Below, one piece after another: positions 1 to 11,835 of a stretch of 64,000 nucleotides of DNA. Position numbers and translations under genes: made by a program. The stretch is from Nemertoderma westbladi (Eukaryota; Animalia; Xenacoelomorpha). Location of the stretch: positions 26,072 through 90,071 of the forward strand of contig JAUCBJ010000054.1 in assembly GCA_032718475.1 (NCBI GenBank), read 5' to 3'. Under the pieces are notes generated by a model that saw only the letters and a program-made list of their open reading frames with translations, did no database searches and was not told the DNA's origin. The stretch's first letter is position 1, and the number at the start of each line of letters is the position of its first letter.

Positions 1-110
1 CACTTATAAATAAATTACTCACTTATAATTAAATTACTCACTTATAAATAAATTACTCACTTATAAATAAATTACTTACTTATAAATAAATTACTCACTT
101 AGAATTAAAT
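1..110. repeat. 19-bp AT-rich tandem repeat (CACTTATAAATAAATTACT), ~6 copies, cut by the window edge
   Basis: Visible periodicity. Confidence 0.85.
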
Positions 111-327
111 GTTATAAGTAAATAATATAAATATATAAATAAATTTATATAAATAATAATATAAGTTAATGCACTCCTGATTGAAGCTCTGGCGTCGTAT
201 ATTTTTCACATTTTTCTCAGTACCTGTCTTTTAATTGCCTTAATTTTAATTTTAATTTTGTGCATTTCGCATTTTGAATAAATTTTTTGATTACTAGCAA
301 TTGTAAACTTTAAAAATAATTATCTAT

Positions 328-592
328 ATGTTCTAGAACATATATATTTTTTATTATATTAATGTTCTAGAATAGTGCATAATATTTATATTTTGTTTTA
401 GAGCCCTACAATGTTGCCATGGTAACAATGATTTATGTTATAAAAATGTAGTGCTATACTGAACTGTTACCGTGAAAAATGTAATGTTGGATGAGTGTAG
501 ACTATGTTCTAGAACATAATATATACAAATCAAGGAAATTTTAGCACGTTAAAAAAATAATGATGGGGATGTCGACATGCCGAACTAGTGCC
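328..592. mobile_element. Right arm of a GG-ended foldback MITE (left end not found)
   Basis: Ends GTCGACATGCCGAACTAGTGCC, similar to the right TIR at 3520-3542; has TGTTCTAGAACA motifs and a GTTGCCATGGTAACAATGATTTATG block also at 25811. Confidence 0.5.
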
Positions 593-1199
593 GATTATAA
601 TAGGAAATAATCTACCATTTCAGTTAATTTTGTTTTAATTCTGTAATTTATACCTGAGAAGCAAATACAGTATTTACAGTTGAAATAGTAAATTGACGTA
701 TCTTGCAGCTCTCGCTTTCGGGCCACGCAATGTCATGATAGAACCCGTAGCGCGTGAGCAGTTGGAGGCAGGAAACGTGGCGAGGTTGCGGTGAGCTGTC
801 GGGATGTGGTGAGCGTTTAACAGACAGTCTCAAGCGTTGCTCGATATTCGATCAACCAATCTCGACGCCGAGTCTGTTACTCGCTCAACCATGTCGGTAT
901 TGGAGGTGGCGGAGAATGAGAAGATGAGACTGTAGGGGCCTACTCTGCTGCAGTTACAGCACGTCGAACAGACTTCTCACCTTTCGTGGTTTCCTGCGAT
1001 GGTGTTTCCCGCAGGCTAACAGACTTCTACAACTATAACTACAACACGCCTGGGATCAACCGTAATTCACTGTTATGGGGGTGTTCGATCCAGGGTACTG
1101 TTTGCAGTTGTGCGCGGGACCTCGTATTGTTTGTGTGGGTCACGCACCAAGTGGGGTAGTGGTGTGGGGTTTGTTTGAGGTTGTGTCTATAGGTATGTC

Positions 1200-2265
1200 A
1201 ATCATTCGTTCCAATTCGCTTGAACTGATGGCAAATAACAATAGCATACTATACTGTACATACATACAATACATACTGCGTAATATCCTTTGACAAAGCA
1301 TCCCAGCCCGGAGTCTTATAGGGCAGATAGCGGGCCTTTTATATAATAGTTGAAGATTATATTATCGGAGAGATCAGCTAACCTTGTTTGAGTCCGAGGT
1401 TTGTGTTGTGATAATATGTATCCGCGAGATTTCCGAATTTGAAAAATACGTTGGTTGCCTTGTAGTAGTCTACTAAGAGAATGCATAAATGCAGGTTGAT
1501 GACTTCTGATAATTTGCGGAACAGTGTTCTGTAGTCAACATTGACAAAAGCAGAGGCAATGTCTACCTGTGCTATGTATAAGGGAGAGCCTCTGGAGTTG
1601 AAGAATTTTATGATTTCGTGCGCTAGGGTCGCTGCTATGTCTCATCCTACTTTCTTCTGATAAGCTATCGATAGATGGCTAGCTACTATTGTATCCTGCA
1701 GGTACTTCTTGAGTATAAGGTATTCCCATACCTTCGCAAAACGCTGATATTAGAGATGGGTCTGTAAGATTTTACATCCTCCGTATTTTTTCCATGACTC
1801 TTATGTACCGGTGTTACAATGGATTAATTAAATAGAGTCGGCTCCTTGCCTAGTCTGAACGAAACGTTGAACCCTAAATTTAAGTGCTTGCAAATTATTT
1901 CTGGTGATAGGTAGGTGAGATTCTCAATAGTTAATGAGCTGTTTGTTATCAGGTGCTTTTCCTTTCGCGAGTGCCATAATAGCTATCCCGACCTCCACAT
2001 CGCTAAGTTCTGGAACCTCAAAAGTAGATCTCTTATCTTGTATCCCTTCGACAATGTCAAAAAGTCATCAGGGGTTCGTAATTTCGATGACAAATGTGTA
2101 CGCAGCACGTCCTTCATTCCCTCTGCCATATGTTCTCTACCTTTGATTTAGTTTTTAGGTTAAAGTGACTCCAAAAGGCACTGGATGAGCCATTGTTTGA
2201 TGTGATTTTTGATAGCGCCTTATCAACGTGGGCCTTGCTCAGTTTCAATTGTAGCTTTCGAACAG
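1200..2265 (-). mobile_element. Degenerate non-LTR retrotransposon (LINE) RT fragment
   Basis: Minus strand reads EDVKSYRPISNIS..AKVWEYLI (~1720-1780) and DIASAFVNVDY (~1530-1563), RT motifs broken by stops and frameshifts. Confidence 0.7.
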
Positions 2266-2267
2266 TG

Positions 2268-2655
2268 GACCTGCCATTGTTTGCGTGGGTCATGCACGAA
2301 GTGGCGTAGTGGTGTGGGGTTGAGGTTGTGCGCGGGACCTGCTATTGTTTGGGTGGGTCATGCACCAAGTGGCGTAGTGGTGTGGTGTGGGGTTGAGGTT
2401 GGGCGCGGGACGTGCCATTGTTTGCGTGGGTCATGCACCAAGTGGCGTAGTGGTGGGAATTTGTTTGAGGTTGTGCGCGGGACCTGCCATTGTTTGCGTG
2501 GGTCATGCACCAAGTGGCGTAGTGGTGTGGAGTTTGTTTGAGGTTGTGCGCGGGTCACGCACCAAGTGGCGTAGTGATGTGGGGTTGAGGTTGTGTGCGG
2601 GACCTGCCATTGGTTGCGTGGGTCATGCACCAAGTGGCGTAGTGGTGTGGGGTTT
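2268..2655. repeat. ~70-bp imperfect GT-rich tandem repeat, ~5-6 copies; a related copy lies at ~1095-1185
   Basis: Recurrent GAGGTTGTGCGCGGGACCTGCCATTGTTTGCGTGGGTCATGCACCAAGTGGCGTAGTGGTGTGG. Confidence 0.85.
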
Positions 2656-2859
2656 GGAAAACCCCACACCCACCGATCTGCCTTTACACTAAAGTATCAA
2701 CTTATTTTAAATTTCCCGCCATTTTTCTTATAGTTAATGATAAATATTCTGCTGGTGGTGGCTGGTTGCGATTTATGTATGTTTTATGTATTTTTTATTG
2801 TTTAAAATAAATAATATGTCGTGCAAATTGACGTGTCTTACCAAGCATGAAAGATTTGG

Positions 2860-3542
2860 GGTGCTACTTCGTCATGTCGACACCCCCCTGCTATTTTTTT
2901 ACCTGTCACTTTTTGTGTGTTTTTGGTGTTTTTTTTATATGGATGAATGTTCTAGAACATTAGTAGATTTTTTTTAAGGTAGCTAGTGTTTTATTAAATT
3001 GTAAAATTACGTTATTTTTTTTATTTTTGTTATTGCTTTTTATTAACCAATTTTATTTATCACTTTTTTACGAATTTTAATGGTATTTTATTATGGTAGC
3101 TAGTATTATTATTATGTTTTTGTTATGTTTTAGTTATTATGTTTAATCCATTATTAATGAAATATATTTAGTTACGGAATATATGTAATAAAATGATTTG
3201 CATTTAAACTCATTGTTACCATGATTTTTTTACATTTGTTTTCTAGAATTGTTGTTTACGTTTACGAAGAGAAAGCATTGATAGATGTATTTTATTAAAA
3301 GGACTAAGAGTATTATTACACCAGAACATTACAAGACAAGGTCTTTATAATCCCAACGTGTTTGAGATTGTCAATTTGAGGCATAAAAGTAAAATTTTTT
3401 ATATTAAAAAAACACTAGCTACCATAAAAACATTTTACTAATGTTCTAGAACATTCACCAATATCAAAAAATCAGTTTAATACAAAAAAAAGTGACAGGT
3501 AAAAAAAATTGGTCAAGGGTGTCGTCATGACGAAGTAGTACC
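2860..3542. mobile_element. Non-autonomous foldback DNA transposon (Merlin-like MITE)
   Basis: TIR GGTGCTACTTCGTCATGTCGACACCC / GGGTGTCGTCATGACGAAGTAGTACC, arms ~130 bp; perfect 8-bp TSD AGATTTGG (2852-2859, 3543-3550). Confidence 0.85.
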
Positions 3543-3845
3543 AGATTTGGAGTGTTGTTTTATAAAACGTTTCTGTCAGAATATTTTCGAATAGTTCATT
3601 GAACCAGTTGATAGCTTGGATCATTCGGATTAAAGTACTGAAGTAAAAAAATCATCAAAATTTTTTTTTGTTCCAAATTTTGGCTAAAACAGAAATCAAA
3701 GTTTAGTAATATATTAAGAAACAATGACAAATATTGCTAGCTAATTAGTAGAATACAACTATGCGTGACCATAGTAACAAAATTCAGTATTGCAAAAACC
3801 ATTTGCTATAGAAAACGCATAGAATAGGTATCATCAAGGCCGCTT

Positions 3846-5137
3846 CACCCCCTCGCACACAGAAACTTGTTGCTGGACCCCCTCACACACAGAAACTTGT
3901 TGCTGGACCCCCTCACACACAGAACTGTGTAAGGGGGTCCTGCAACAAGTTTCTGTGTGAAAGGGGGTCCAGCAACAAGTTTCTGTGTGTAAGGGGGTCA
4001 AGCAACAAGTTTCAGTGTGTGAGGGGGTCCAGCAACAAGTTTCTGTGTGTGAGGGGGTCCAGCAACAAGTTTCTGTGTGCGAAGGGGATCCAGCAACAAG
4101 TTTCTGTGTGTGAGGGGGTCCAACAACAAGTTTCTGTGTGCGAGGGGGTCCAGCAACAAGTTTCTGTGTGCGAGGGGGTCCAGCAACAAGTTTCTGTGTG
4201 TGAGGGGGTCCAGCAACAAGTTTCTGTGTGTGAGGGGGTCCAGCAACAAGTTTATGTGTGTGAGGGGGTCCAACAACAAGTTTCTGTATGTGAGGGGGTC
4301 CAGCAACAAGTTTCTGTGTGTGAGGGGGTCCAGCAACAAGTTTATGTGTGTGAGGGGGTCCAGCAACAAGTTTCTGTGTGTGAGGGGGTCCAGCAACAAG
4401 TTTCTGTGTGTGAGGGGGTCCAACAACAAGTTTCTGTATGTGAGGGGGTCCAGCAACAAGTTTATGTGTGTGAGGGGGTCCAACAACAAGTTTCTGTATG
4501 TGAGGGGGTCCAGCAACAAGTTTATGTGTGTGAGGGGGTCCAACAACAAGTTTCTGTATGTGAGGGGGTCCAACAACAAGTTTCTGTATGTGAGGGGGTC
4601 CAGCAACAAGTTTATGTGTGTGAGGGGGTCCAACAACAAGTTTCTGTATGTGAGGGGGTCCAGCAACAAGTTTCTGTGTGTGAGGGGGTCCAACAACAAG
4701 TTTCTGCATGTGAGGGGGTCCAACAACAAGTTTCTGTGTGCGAGGGGGTCCAGGAACAAGTTTCTGTGTGTGAGGGGGTCCAGCAACAAGTTTCTGTGTG
4801 TGAGGGGGTCCAGCAACAAGTTTATGTGTGTGAGGGGGTCCAACAACAAGTTTCTGTATGTGAGGGGGTCCAGCAACAAGTTTCTGTGTGTGAGGGGGTC
4901 CAGCAACAAGTTTATGTGTGTGAGGGGGTCCAACAACAAGTTTCTGTATGTGAGGGGGTCCAGCAACAAGTTTATGTGTGTGAGGGGGTCCAACAACAAG
5001 TTTCTGTATGTGAGGGGGTCCAACAACAAGTTTCTGTATGTGAGGGGGTCCAGCAACAAGTTTCTGTGTGTGAGGGAGTCCAGCAACAAGTTTCTGCATG
5101 TGAGGGGGTCCAACAACAAGTTTCTATGTGCGAGGGT
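3846..5137. repeat. 30-bp minisatellite (TGAGGGGGTCCAGCAACAAGTTTCTGTGTG), ~43 units, first ~2.5 units inverted
   Basis: Exact 30-bp period; orientation flips at ~3925. Confidence 0.95.
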
Positions 5138-5138
5138 G

Positions 5139-5232
5139 CGGAATACGATGGGGGGTGTCTAGAGAAAAACTAAATGAAAAGTAGCTTACTTTGTCATTTA
5201 GTTTTTCTCTAGACACCCCTCATCGTATTCCG
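5139..5232. repeat. 94-bp near-perfect hairpin
   Basis: CGGAATACGATGGGGGGTGTCTAGAGAAAAACTAAATGA ... TCATTTAGTTTTTCTCTAGACACCCCTCATCGTATTCCG. Confidence 0.85.
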
Positions 5233-5989
5233 TTGGTTTATCAAAATATACTGTATTAACGGGGAGCGTGCCTGATTAATGCTTATTTATTTTGGTGCAT
5301 AAATTCCCACTTAAAGAATATATTTTTTACATCTACTTTTGTTATACAGTCCCTAGTCAGCCCTCGTTACGGTTTGACTTCTCCAGCGTCTGGCGGCAAC
5401 CTAAGTAAGTACGTAACGCTAGTTTTGGTCTGAATCAACACATCTACTATCTTCAAATCTACTGTATATTAAATTCACTACTTATATTACCCTTATAGGC
5501 CTAGGCCTTCTGCAGTTTCCATACCTTACTGAAGTACCGGTCACATAAGTACATAACAGTACATACAGTACATAAGTACCGTAGGTTTTAACTATATTTT
5601 ACTGCTCTTATGTAGTTGAATTCAATTTTGGTCCTGACGATACCCCAACGGGGAGAAATAAATTGACCGTTAATTTACAACAACATTTTAAACTTGGCGA
5701 TAAACCTCCTGCACCACCACCCCAACACTTTGGTGTGCTGACATTCGCAATAATTTCTGCCCAAACTGATGAAAGTAACGGTAGGTGCAGAGGCCTACGG
5801 CTGTAGGTACCGGTTTATATAATATATAATTTTGTTGCGAGCGACAAAATAGTTGAGCCGTAGCATACTGTATAGTGGTATCATTCGTGGGGTCGGTCTG
5901 TGCCATTTTTAAATGCCCATTCCGCTGCTATTATTAAACCAATTTTCAACGACATTTAATAAAATAACGAAGTTCAACACCCACAGTCA

Positions 5990-6147
5990 TAGTCTAATGA
6001 AGATAAGTTAAAACGTTGCAAGCATTCAGGTTCTGTTGGAACCGTTCATCAGGTGTACAGTATATCGTTATTTTTTTTTAACAATATATCCCTGGTGAAG
6101 TGTTCCAACTGAACCTGATAGCTTTGCAACTTATCTTCATTAGACTA
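5990..6147. mobile_element. Inverted pair of Penelope pseudo-LTR-like remnants
   Basis: AGTCTAATGAAGATAAGTT / AACTTATCTTCATTAGACT inverted; each arm has a degenerate CTGRTGA-GTTC..GAAC-GAWW hammerhead-like core. Confidence 0.45.
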
Positions 6148-6170
6148 AAAAAATTAAAAAAAATAATGTG

Positions 6171-6338
6171 TTCAGATAGGGGGGGAAACTGGACGCAATA
6201 AAAATTCGTTCCTCTCCAGAGGAAATTCGACGCAAATAACAGCTGCTTACTCTCAAAAATAGAAGAGTAACCCTGTTCTATTGTATTTAATTTATTGTTT
6301 TGTTTAAAATAACGCACCACTGTAACCTGCTCTTTTCC
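6171..6338. repeat. ~170-bp interspersed repeat, inverted partner of 9975-10152
   Basis: GGACGCAATAAAAAT..GACGCAAATAACAGCTGCTTACTCTCAAAAATA..TAACCTGCTC matches the reverse complement of 9975-10152. Confidence 0.8.
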
Positions 6339-6893
6339 CTAAATTGAGAAATTAACATGGAGTTGGATATGAATTCTCCAAGATGGGATTGCCCCCCCCC
6401 CCCCCCACTGTCTCATTGTCAACCCAAATCAACCATCCATAAGTTATCACCATCCACGGCCCACTGCTCGTCGAGGACACCCCCCACCCCCCCCCCCCCC
6501 CCCCCCCCCCCCATCAATTACATTTCATGATATTGCATTATAATTATATCACTTGCCCTTTAAGTAGTAGTTGTAGTATTTCGGGCACGGACAACCCCCT
6601 CCGAGGCGCTCTTAGTAGGAGATATTAAACACAAGAGTTTTATTATTAGATCGTAATTCAAGCAGCTATTGGCGATTGAAATTCTAGAAACGCTTGTTTT
6701 GATAATCAGTATATTATTGTATACTACAGACATACGGCATAGTGGTGTAGGTATAATGTCCTGGATCCCAGATACGTTTATTGGCTACAAAATATTACTG
6801 TCTTAGATGTGAGAGCTAAGGTGTTTTTGAGATTGACTAGTTAATGAAAATAGTAAATATTTTGTACTGAATATTTTATCTTTGTTGGCCTAT

Positions 6894-8777
6894 TTAACTA
6901 TTTCGGGGTTCAACTATAGACTTGACGAAGTTAACATTGGTAACTATGGCTGTGGTAGCAACAACAATACGGTAACCATGGTTTCGTGCGAGAAAACGTA
7001 ACGCCGCGACTTCCGACCGAGTGCATCCTCCAAGGAAATAAACGAGCACAACTCTCGGGGTAGTGGAGAAATCGTCAGGAGAGTTAGAGAAAGAACCAGA
7101 GAATGAACCGTGGAAGAGTTCCATTAGGGTAGGAGTGAACCCGCCCTTCAGGAGAACCTTCTCGATGAGTTTAATACTAAGAGGGGAATAAACACCGTTG
7201 AATAAGTATGACATATGTGTGGGTTCATAGTAATCCGAATACTTATTTACTTTTGGTTTTTCTCCCACTTCTTTGTAACACTTACGAAAGTTGTAAAGAA
7301 TTGATGGCTGGTCTGCCGAGTTAACTAGGAGTCCGAGATTTCTGAGATCCCGGAATATCGGGAGGTGCCGGTAGCCATAGCTGTGTAGGTACTGCATCAC
7401 AAGGGAATTATAATCAAATGATTGAAGAGTGCCATTTGTTAACGAGGCTAAACACAGTAGTCTCAGTGCGTGGTAACATGGCAACTGTTGGTTGATATAA
7501 TCTTCTATAAACTCGAGACATTTCCGGAAGTAACGGTTCCCCAGCAACTTGTGTTCCACACCCAGCTTCTTGTATTCCTCCTCCACCAGAAACTGATCTT
7601 CCATACCAGATCCAACGTACAAGTGCCGAAACTCCTTCACGTCGGTGTTCATTACCCACTCGCACATACTCAGATGGTTTTGAACACTAGCACGCGATTT
7701 TTTATATAATTTAACATCCTTTCGAATAAATTCATCAGTTTCTTCACTTGTAAATGATTTTGAGTTGGTGACTTCGTGTATGTGCTTCAGTTGTTTAGCT
7801 TTCTCAGTGAGGTAGAATATCGCACCTGGTATACTTAGGTCGCGAATACCAGCAAACACAGTGTCGTTAGATGTTGCTTCAATTCTTTTATTGTCTTTTG
7901 GTTCTGGCATCTCCCAGATTAACTCGCCTTCAACTCGGATGCCAAACCTCTCATCTAATATACCTTCATAGATATTTTGGGAGAGAAGTGGTGTGACTAA
8001 ATCTGCGTTTCGGTCTATTAGAAATAAATATCCAAAACTGGAAGTGTTGCTTTGCTCAGGTTGATTATTCATCAAATGTTCTCTAGTCATTTCGTAGACT
8101 TCCGTCGCACAGCAACCAACTCCGTAGACTTTGGGAATAATCCCGAATGCCGATTGAATTGAACACAAAGAACGAGAGATGCTTTTTAAACCGAAATTAA
8201 CTTTATTTAAAAAGTATTCCGAATAAAATGATGGATTGTCAGCTGACATTAAATCGTCATCAACCACTACCAAGTCGAGTTTGAACTCATCTATAGTGAC
8301 GTCATCAAATATACCCCGATGATTATCTACTTCATTTCTACATATGTAATTAATTTCCGGCACCGCAAACAGATGGAATTTCCTCTTGGGACGGTTTGTT
8401 TTTTCATTGACATCGTACGGCGGTTTGTTTACTGTTGTATTGAGTCGTTTCTCGTTGTCATATTCTATGTGTTTAGCCATATCTCGTATGTTGCCTAGAC
8501 TCGGACGGAATATGTAAACTCTTTGATTAGAACTGGAATCTTTGAAAAAGGTTTGAATAGAAGAAGTGGAATCCGTTATAAAAGGAAATATTCTATTTAT
8601 ATTTTGATTTTTCGAAATTTCATCCATATTGTACATTATATTTTTCGTGGCCTTAATAACGCTCTGTTCAATAACTATATCCTTAATACCTGGATATTTA
8701 TCGAGAAGGGTAATCAATTCCTTTCTGGATGTTTCGGTTAACTTGAATATGTTAGGTAACATTGAAGAAGAAGCCAT
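6894..8777 (-). CDS. VPS33B: Sec1/Munc18-family protein, VPS33B-like (627 aa, intronless, divergent)
   Basis: FLIDRNADLVTPLLSQNIYEGILDE, LRLLCLASLT, QYLHSYG, MSYLFNGVYSPLSIKLIEKVL, LVYFLGGCTRSEVAALRFL..IVVATT resemble Vps33, B-type more than A-type. Confidence 0.85.
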   Translation of the reverse strand: MASSSMLPNIFKLTETSRKELITLLDKYPGIKDIVIEQSVIKATKNIMYNMDEISKNQNINRIFPFITDSTSSIQTFFKDSSSNQRVYIFRPSLGNIRDMAKHIEYDNEKRLNTTVNKPPYDVNEKTNRPKRKFHLFAVPEINYICRNEVDNHRGIFDDVTIDEFKLDLVVVDDDLMSADNPSFYSEYFLNKVNFGLKSISRSLCSIQSAFGIIPKVYGVGCCATEVYEMTREHLMNNQPEQSNTSSFGYLFLIDRNADLVTPLLSQNIYEGILDERFGIRVEGELIWEMPEPKDNKRIEATSNDTVFAGIRDLSIPGAIFYLTEKAKQLKHIHEVTNSKSFTSEETDEFIRKDVKLYKKSRASVQNHLSMCEWVMNTDVKEFRHLYVGSGMEDQFLVEEEYKKLGVEHKLLGNRYFRKCLEFIEDYINQQLPCYHALRLLCLASLTNGTLQSFDYNSLVMQYLHSYGYRHLPIFRDLRNLGLLVNSADQPSILYNFRKCYKEVGEKPKVNKYSDYYEPTHMSYLFNGVYSPLSIKLIEKVLLKGGFTPTLMELFHGSFSGSFSNSPDDFSTTPRVVLVYFLGGCTRSEVAALRFLARNHGYRIVVATTAIVTNVNFVKSIVEPRNS

Positions 8778-8886
8778 CTCTCTAATTTGTGATTAATATT
8801 ATTATCGCACTCTAAATTAGTTACTAAGTTATCTTTGTTTCCAGTACCGTTGCATGCGTTAATTACCTACAATCTATAATAATTGT

Positions 8887-9843
8887 ATATTACACTAACT
8901 ATATTACACTAACTATATTACACTAACTATATTACACTAACTATATTACACTAACTATATTACACTAACTATATTACACTAACTATATTACACTAACTAT
9001 ATTACACTAACTATATTACACTAACTATATTACACTAACTATATTACACTAACTATATTACACTAACTATATTACACTAACTATATTACACTAACTATAT
9101 TACACTAACTATATTACACTAACTATATTACACTAGCTATATTACACTAACTGTATTACACTAACTATATTACACTAACTATATTACCCTAACTATATTA
9201 CACTAACTATATTACACTAACTATATTACACTAACTATATTACACTAACTATATTACCCTAACTATATTACACTAACTATATTACACTAACTATATTACA
9301 CTAACTATATTACACTAACTATATTACACTAACTATATTACACTAACTATATTACACTAACTATATTACACTAACTATATTACACTAACTATATTACACT
9401 AACTATATTACCCTAACTATATTACACTAACTATATTACACTAACTATATTACACTAACTATATTACACTAACTATATTACACTAACTATATTACACTAA
9501 CTATATTACACTAACTATATTACACTAACTATATTACCCTAACTATATTACACTAACTATATTACACTAACTATATTACACTAACTATATTACACTAACT
9601 ATATTACACTAACTATATTACACTAACTATATTACACTAACTATATTACACTAACTATATTACACTAACTATATTACACGAACTATATTACACTAACTAT
9701 ATTATACTGAACTATATTACACTAACTATATTACACTAACTATATTACACGAACTATATTACACTACTATATTACACTAACTATATTACACTAACTATAT
9801 TACACTAACTATATTACACTAACTATATTACACTAACTATATT
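8887..9843. repeat. 14-bp minisatellite (TATATTACACTAAC), ~68 copies, ~110 bp upstream of the VPS33B-like ATG
   Basis: Direct periodicity. Confidence 0.95.
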
Positions 9844-9974
9844 TCACTACCCACTACCCGTATAGTGTCATTTTCTGATGAAGATGATTTTCAAGAAGTA
9901 TTGTTCACTGAAGGCCATTTATTATATTTAATAAATACGCGATGTTCTGGAACATTTCGTTTATGTATAAATAG

Positions 9975-10152
9975 AAAGGAGCAGGTTAAAGTGGCACGTT
10001 ATTTTAACCAAAACAATAAACTAAACACAATAGAACAGGTTACAGTTTTATTTTTGAGAGTAAGCAGCTGTTATTTGCGTCCAATTTCCCCTGGAGAGGG
10101 ATGCATTTTTATTGCGTCCAGTCCCCCCCCCCCCCCTCCCCCCCTATCTGGA
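9975..10152. repeat. ~170-bp interspersed repeat, inverted partner of 6171-6338
   Basis: Reverse-complement match to 6171-6338. Confidence 0.8.
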
Positions 10153-10310
10153 ATAGCTACGCCGTAGATATATTATAGGCATACCGTTGTTGCCCAGGTC
10201 CGGTCCGGTCCGGTCCGGGTCATCAGAACATGACACTGTATTACGGGTCATGGTGTAACGTACCGGTAGCTCGTATGAACTACATCGTTATTACACTGTT
10301 ATTGGTATTT

Positions 10311-10957
10311 GGCATTACGTTGTATAAACAAAAATGAAAATTTTAATATGACATTTTCTGGACTCATCTTTTGTTTTTTGGCTTATTCATTGTTCCGGAA
10401 CATGTTAGCTATTCATTTTTTAAAAGAATTATGTTCTAGAACAAATATTTTTTTGTTCTAGAACATTTTTAAAAAAAATCGGGATTTTATTTAAAACGCA
10501 TGGAATCGTTCTAAAACGTGTTTAAAATCAATAAAAAAATTTTGGAAAATTTTTTTTATTGATTGTAATTTTTAACGTTTTGCACGTTTTAAAACGATTC
10601 CATGCGTTTTAAATAGAAACAATATTTTTTCTAAAAAACGTTCTAGAACAAGAAATATTTGTTCTAGAACATATTTTTTTATAAATGAATAGCTAACATG
10701 TTCTGGAACACTTTCTATACAAATAGTAATAAGAACTAGGTACTACAAAATATTTATGGAGGGAAGTAGGATGTCGGAACCAGTGTTGAAATTACTATGC
10801 TAAACCTACCTAAAACACTAGCTACCATAAAAAAACATATCTACTAATGTTCTAGAACACGTATCAATAATAAAAATCATAATATGAGTTCAGAAAATAT
10901 AAAGAAAATGTCATATTAAAATGTTCGATTTTTGTTTATACATACAATAGTAATGCC
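10311..10957. mobile_element. Foldback MITE (GG-ended family)
   Basis: TIR GGCATTAC..TGTATAAACAAAAAT / TTTTTGTTTATACA..GTAATGCC; TSD TTGGTATTT/CTGGTATTT (8 of 9); internal palindrome ~10400-10710. Confidence 0.8.
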
Positions 10958-11418
10958 CTGGTATTTATATAACTAAAAGAAAATAAAACATTGGCATTCA
11001 ATGGGTTAATTCTTAATTCGCAGCCTAATTTATCCAATATATATTTTTCGAATTTAATTTCCAATTTTAATGTCGTATTTAATTAATGTCGCAAGTGTCC
11101 TTGACGGAGTGAGACGGCGCCTTCAATTCGCCCTGATCAGGTCTAGTCCCCTGTGCCTCCGCGGTGGACGGCGACCTTGGAGGGGCCTAGGTTTCGGCGA
11201 CGGAGCCGGGTTGCGGGGCAACGATGTCGCCACGCAATATGGCTGAACTCATTGCCATAGTTTCTTTAGTTAATTTAATCTGAAACTATTTAATTATTGT
11301 TATAATTATTACTCTCTATAATAATTATTAATTAATGTATTAATATATAATATTATATTTAGATATCCATTTTCAAATTAAATAAATTGTAAACTATAAT
11401 TATTGTCTGTTCGAGAAC

Positions 11419-11835
11419 GGAATATACGGATATACACCATGACCCGTACACCACGTCCTGGAATATACGGATATACACCATGACCCGTACACCACGTCCT
11501 GGAATATACGGATATACACCATGACCCGTACACCACGTCCTGGAATATACGGATATACACCATGACCCGTACACCACGTCCTGGAATATACGGATATACA
11601 CCATGACACGTACACCACGTCCTGGAATATACGGATATACACCATGACCCGTACACCACGTCCTGGAATATACGGATATACACCATGACCCGTACACCAC
11701 GTCCTGGAATATACGGATATACACCATGACCCGTACACCACGTCCTGGAATATACGGATATACACCATGACCCGTACACCACGTCCTGGAATATACGGAT
11801 ATACACCATGACCCGTACACCACGTCCTGGAATAT
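11419..11835. repeat. 41-bp tandem repeat, ~10 near-identical copies
   Basis: GGAATATACGGATATACACCATGACCCGTACACCACGTCCT. Confidence 0.95.

Noticed and set aside
648-1060. GC-richer segment as an exon
   Set aside because: No sustained ORF or recognisable motif
3834-5173. Four ORFs of 361-421 aa
   Set aside because: Stop-free 30-bp minisatellite open on both strands; no unique coding flanks
6391-6512. Poly-C/poly-G tracts (also 11863, 12546, 20824, 61289) as functional G-quadruplexes
   Set aside because: Scattered homopolymers, often within repeats; nothing indicates function
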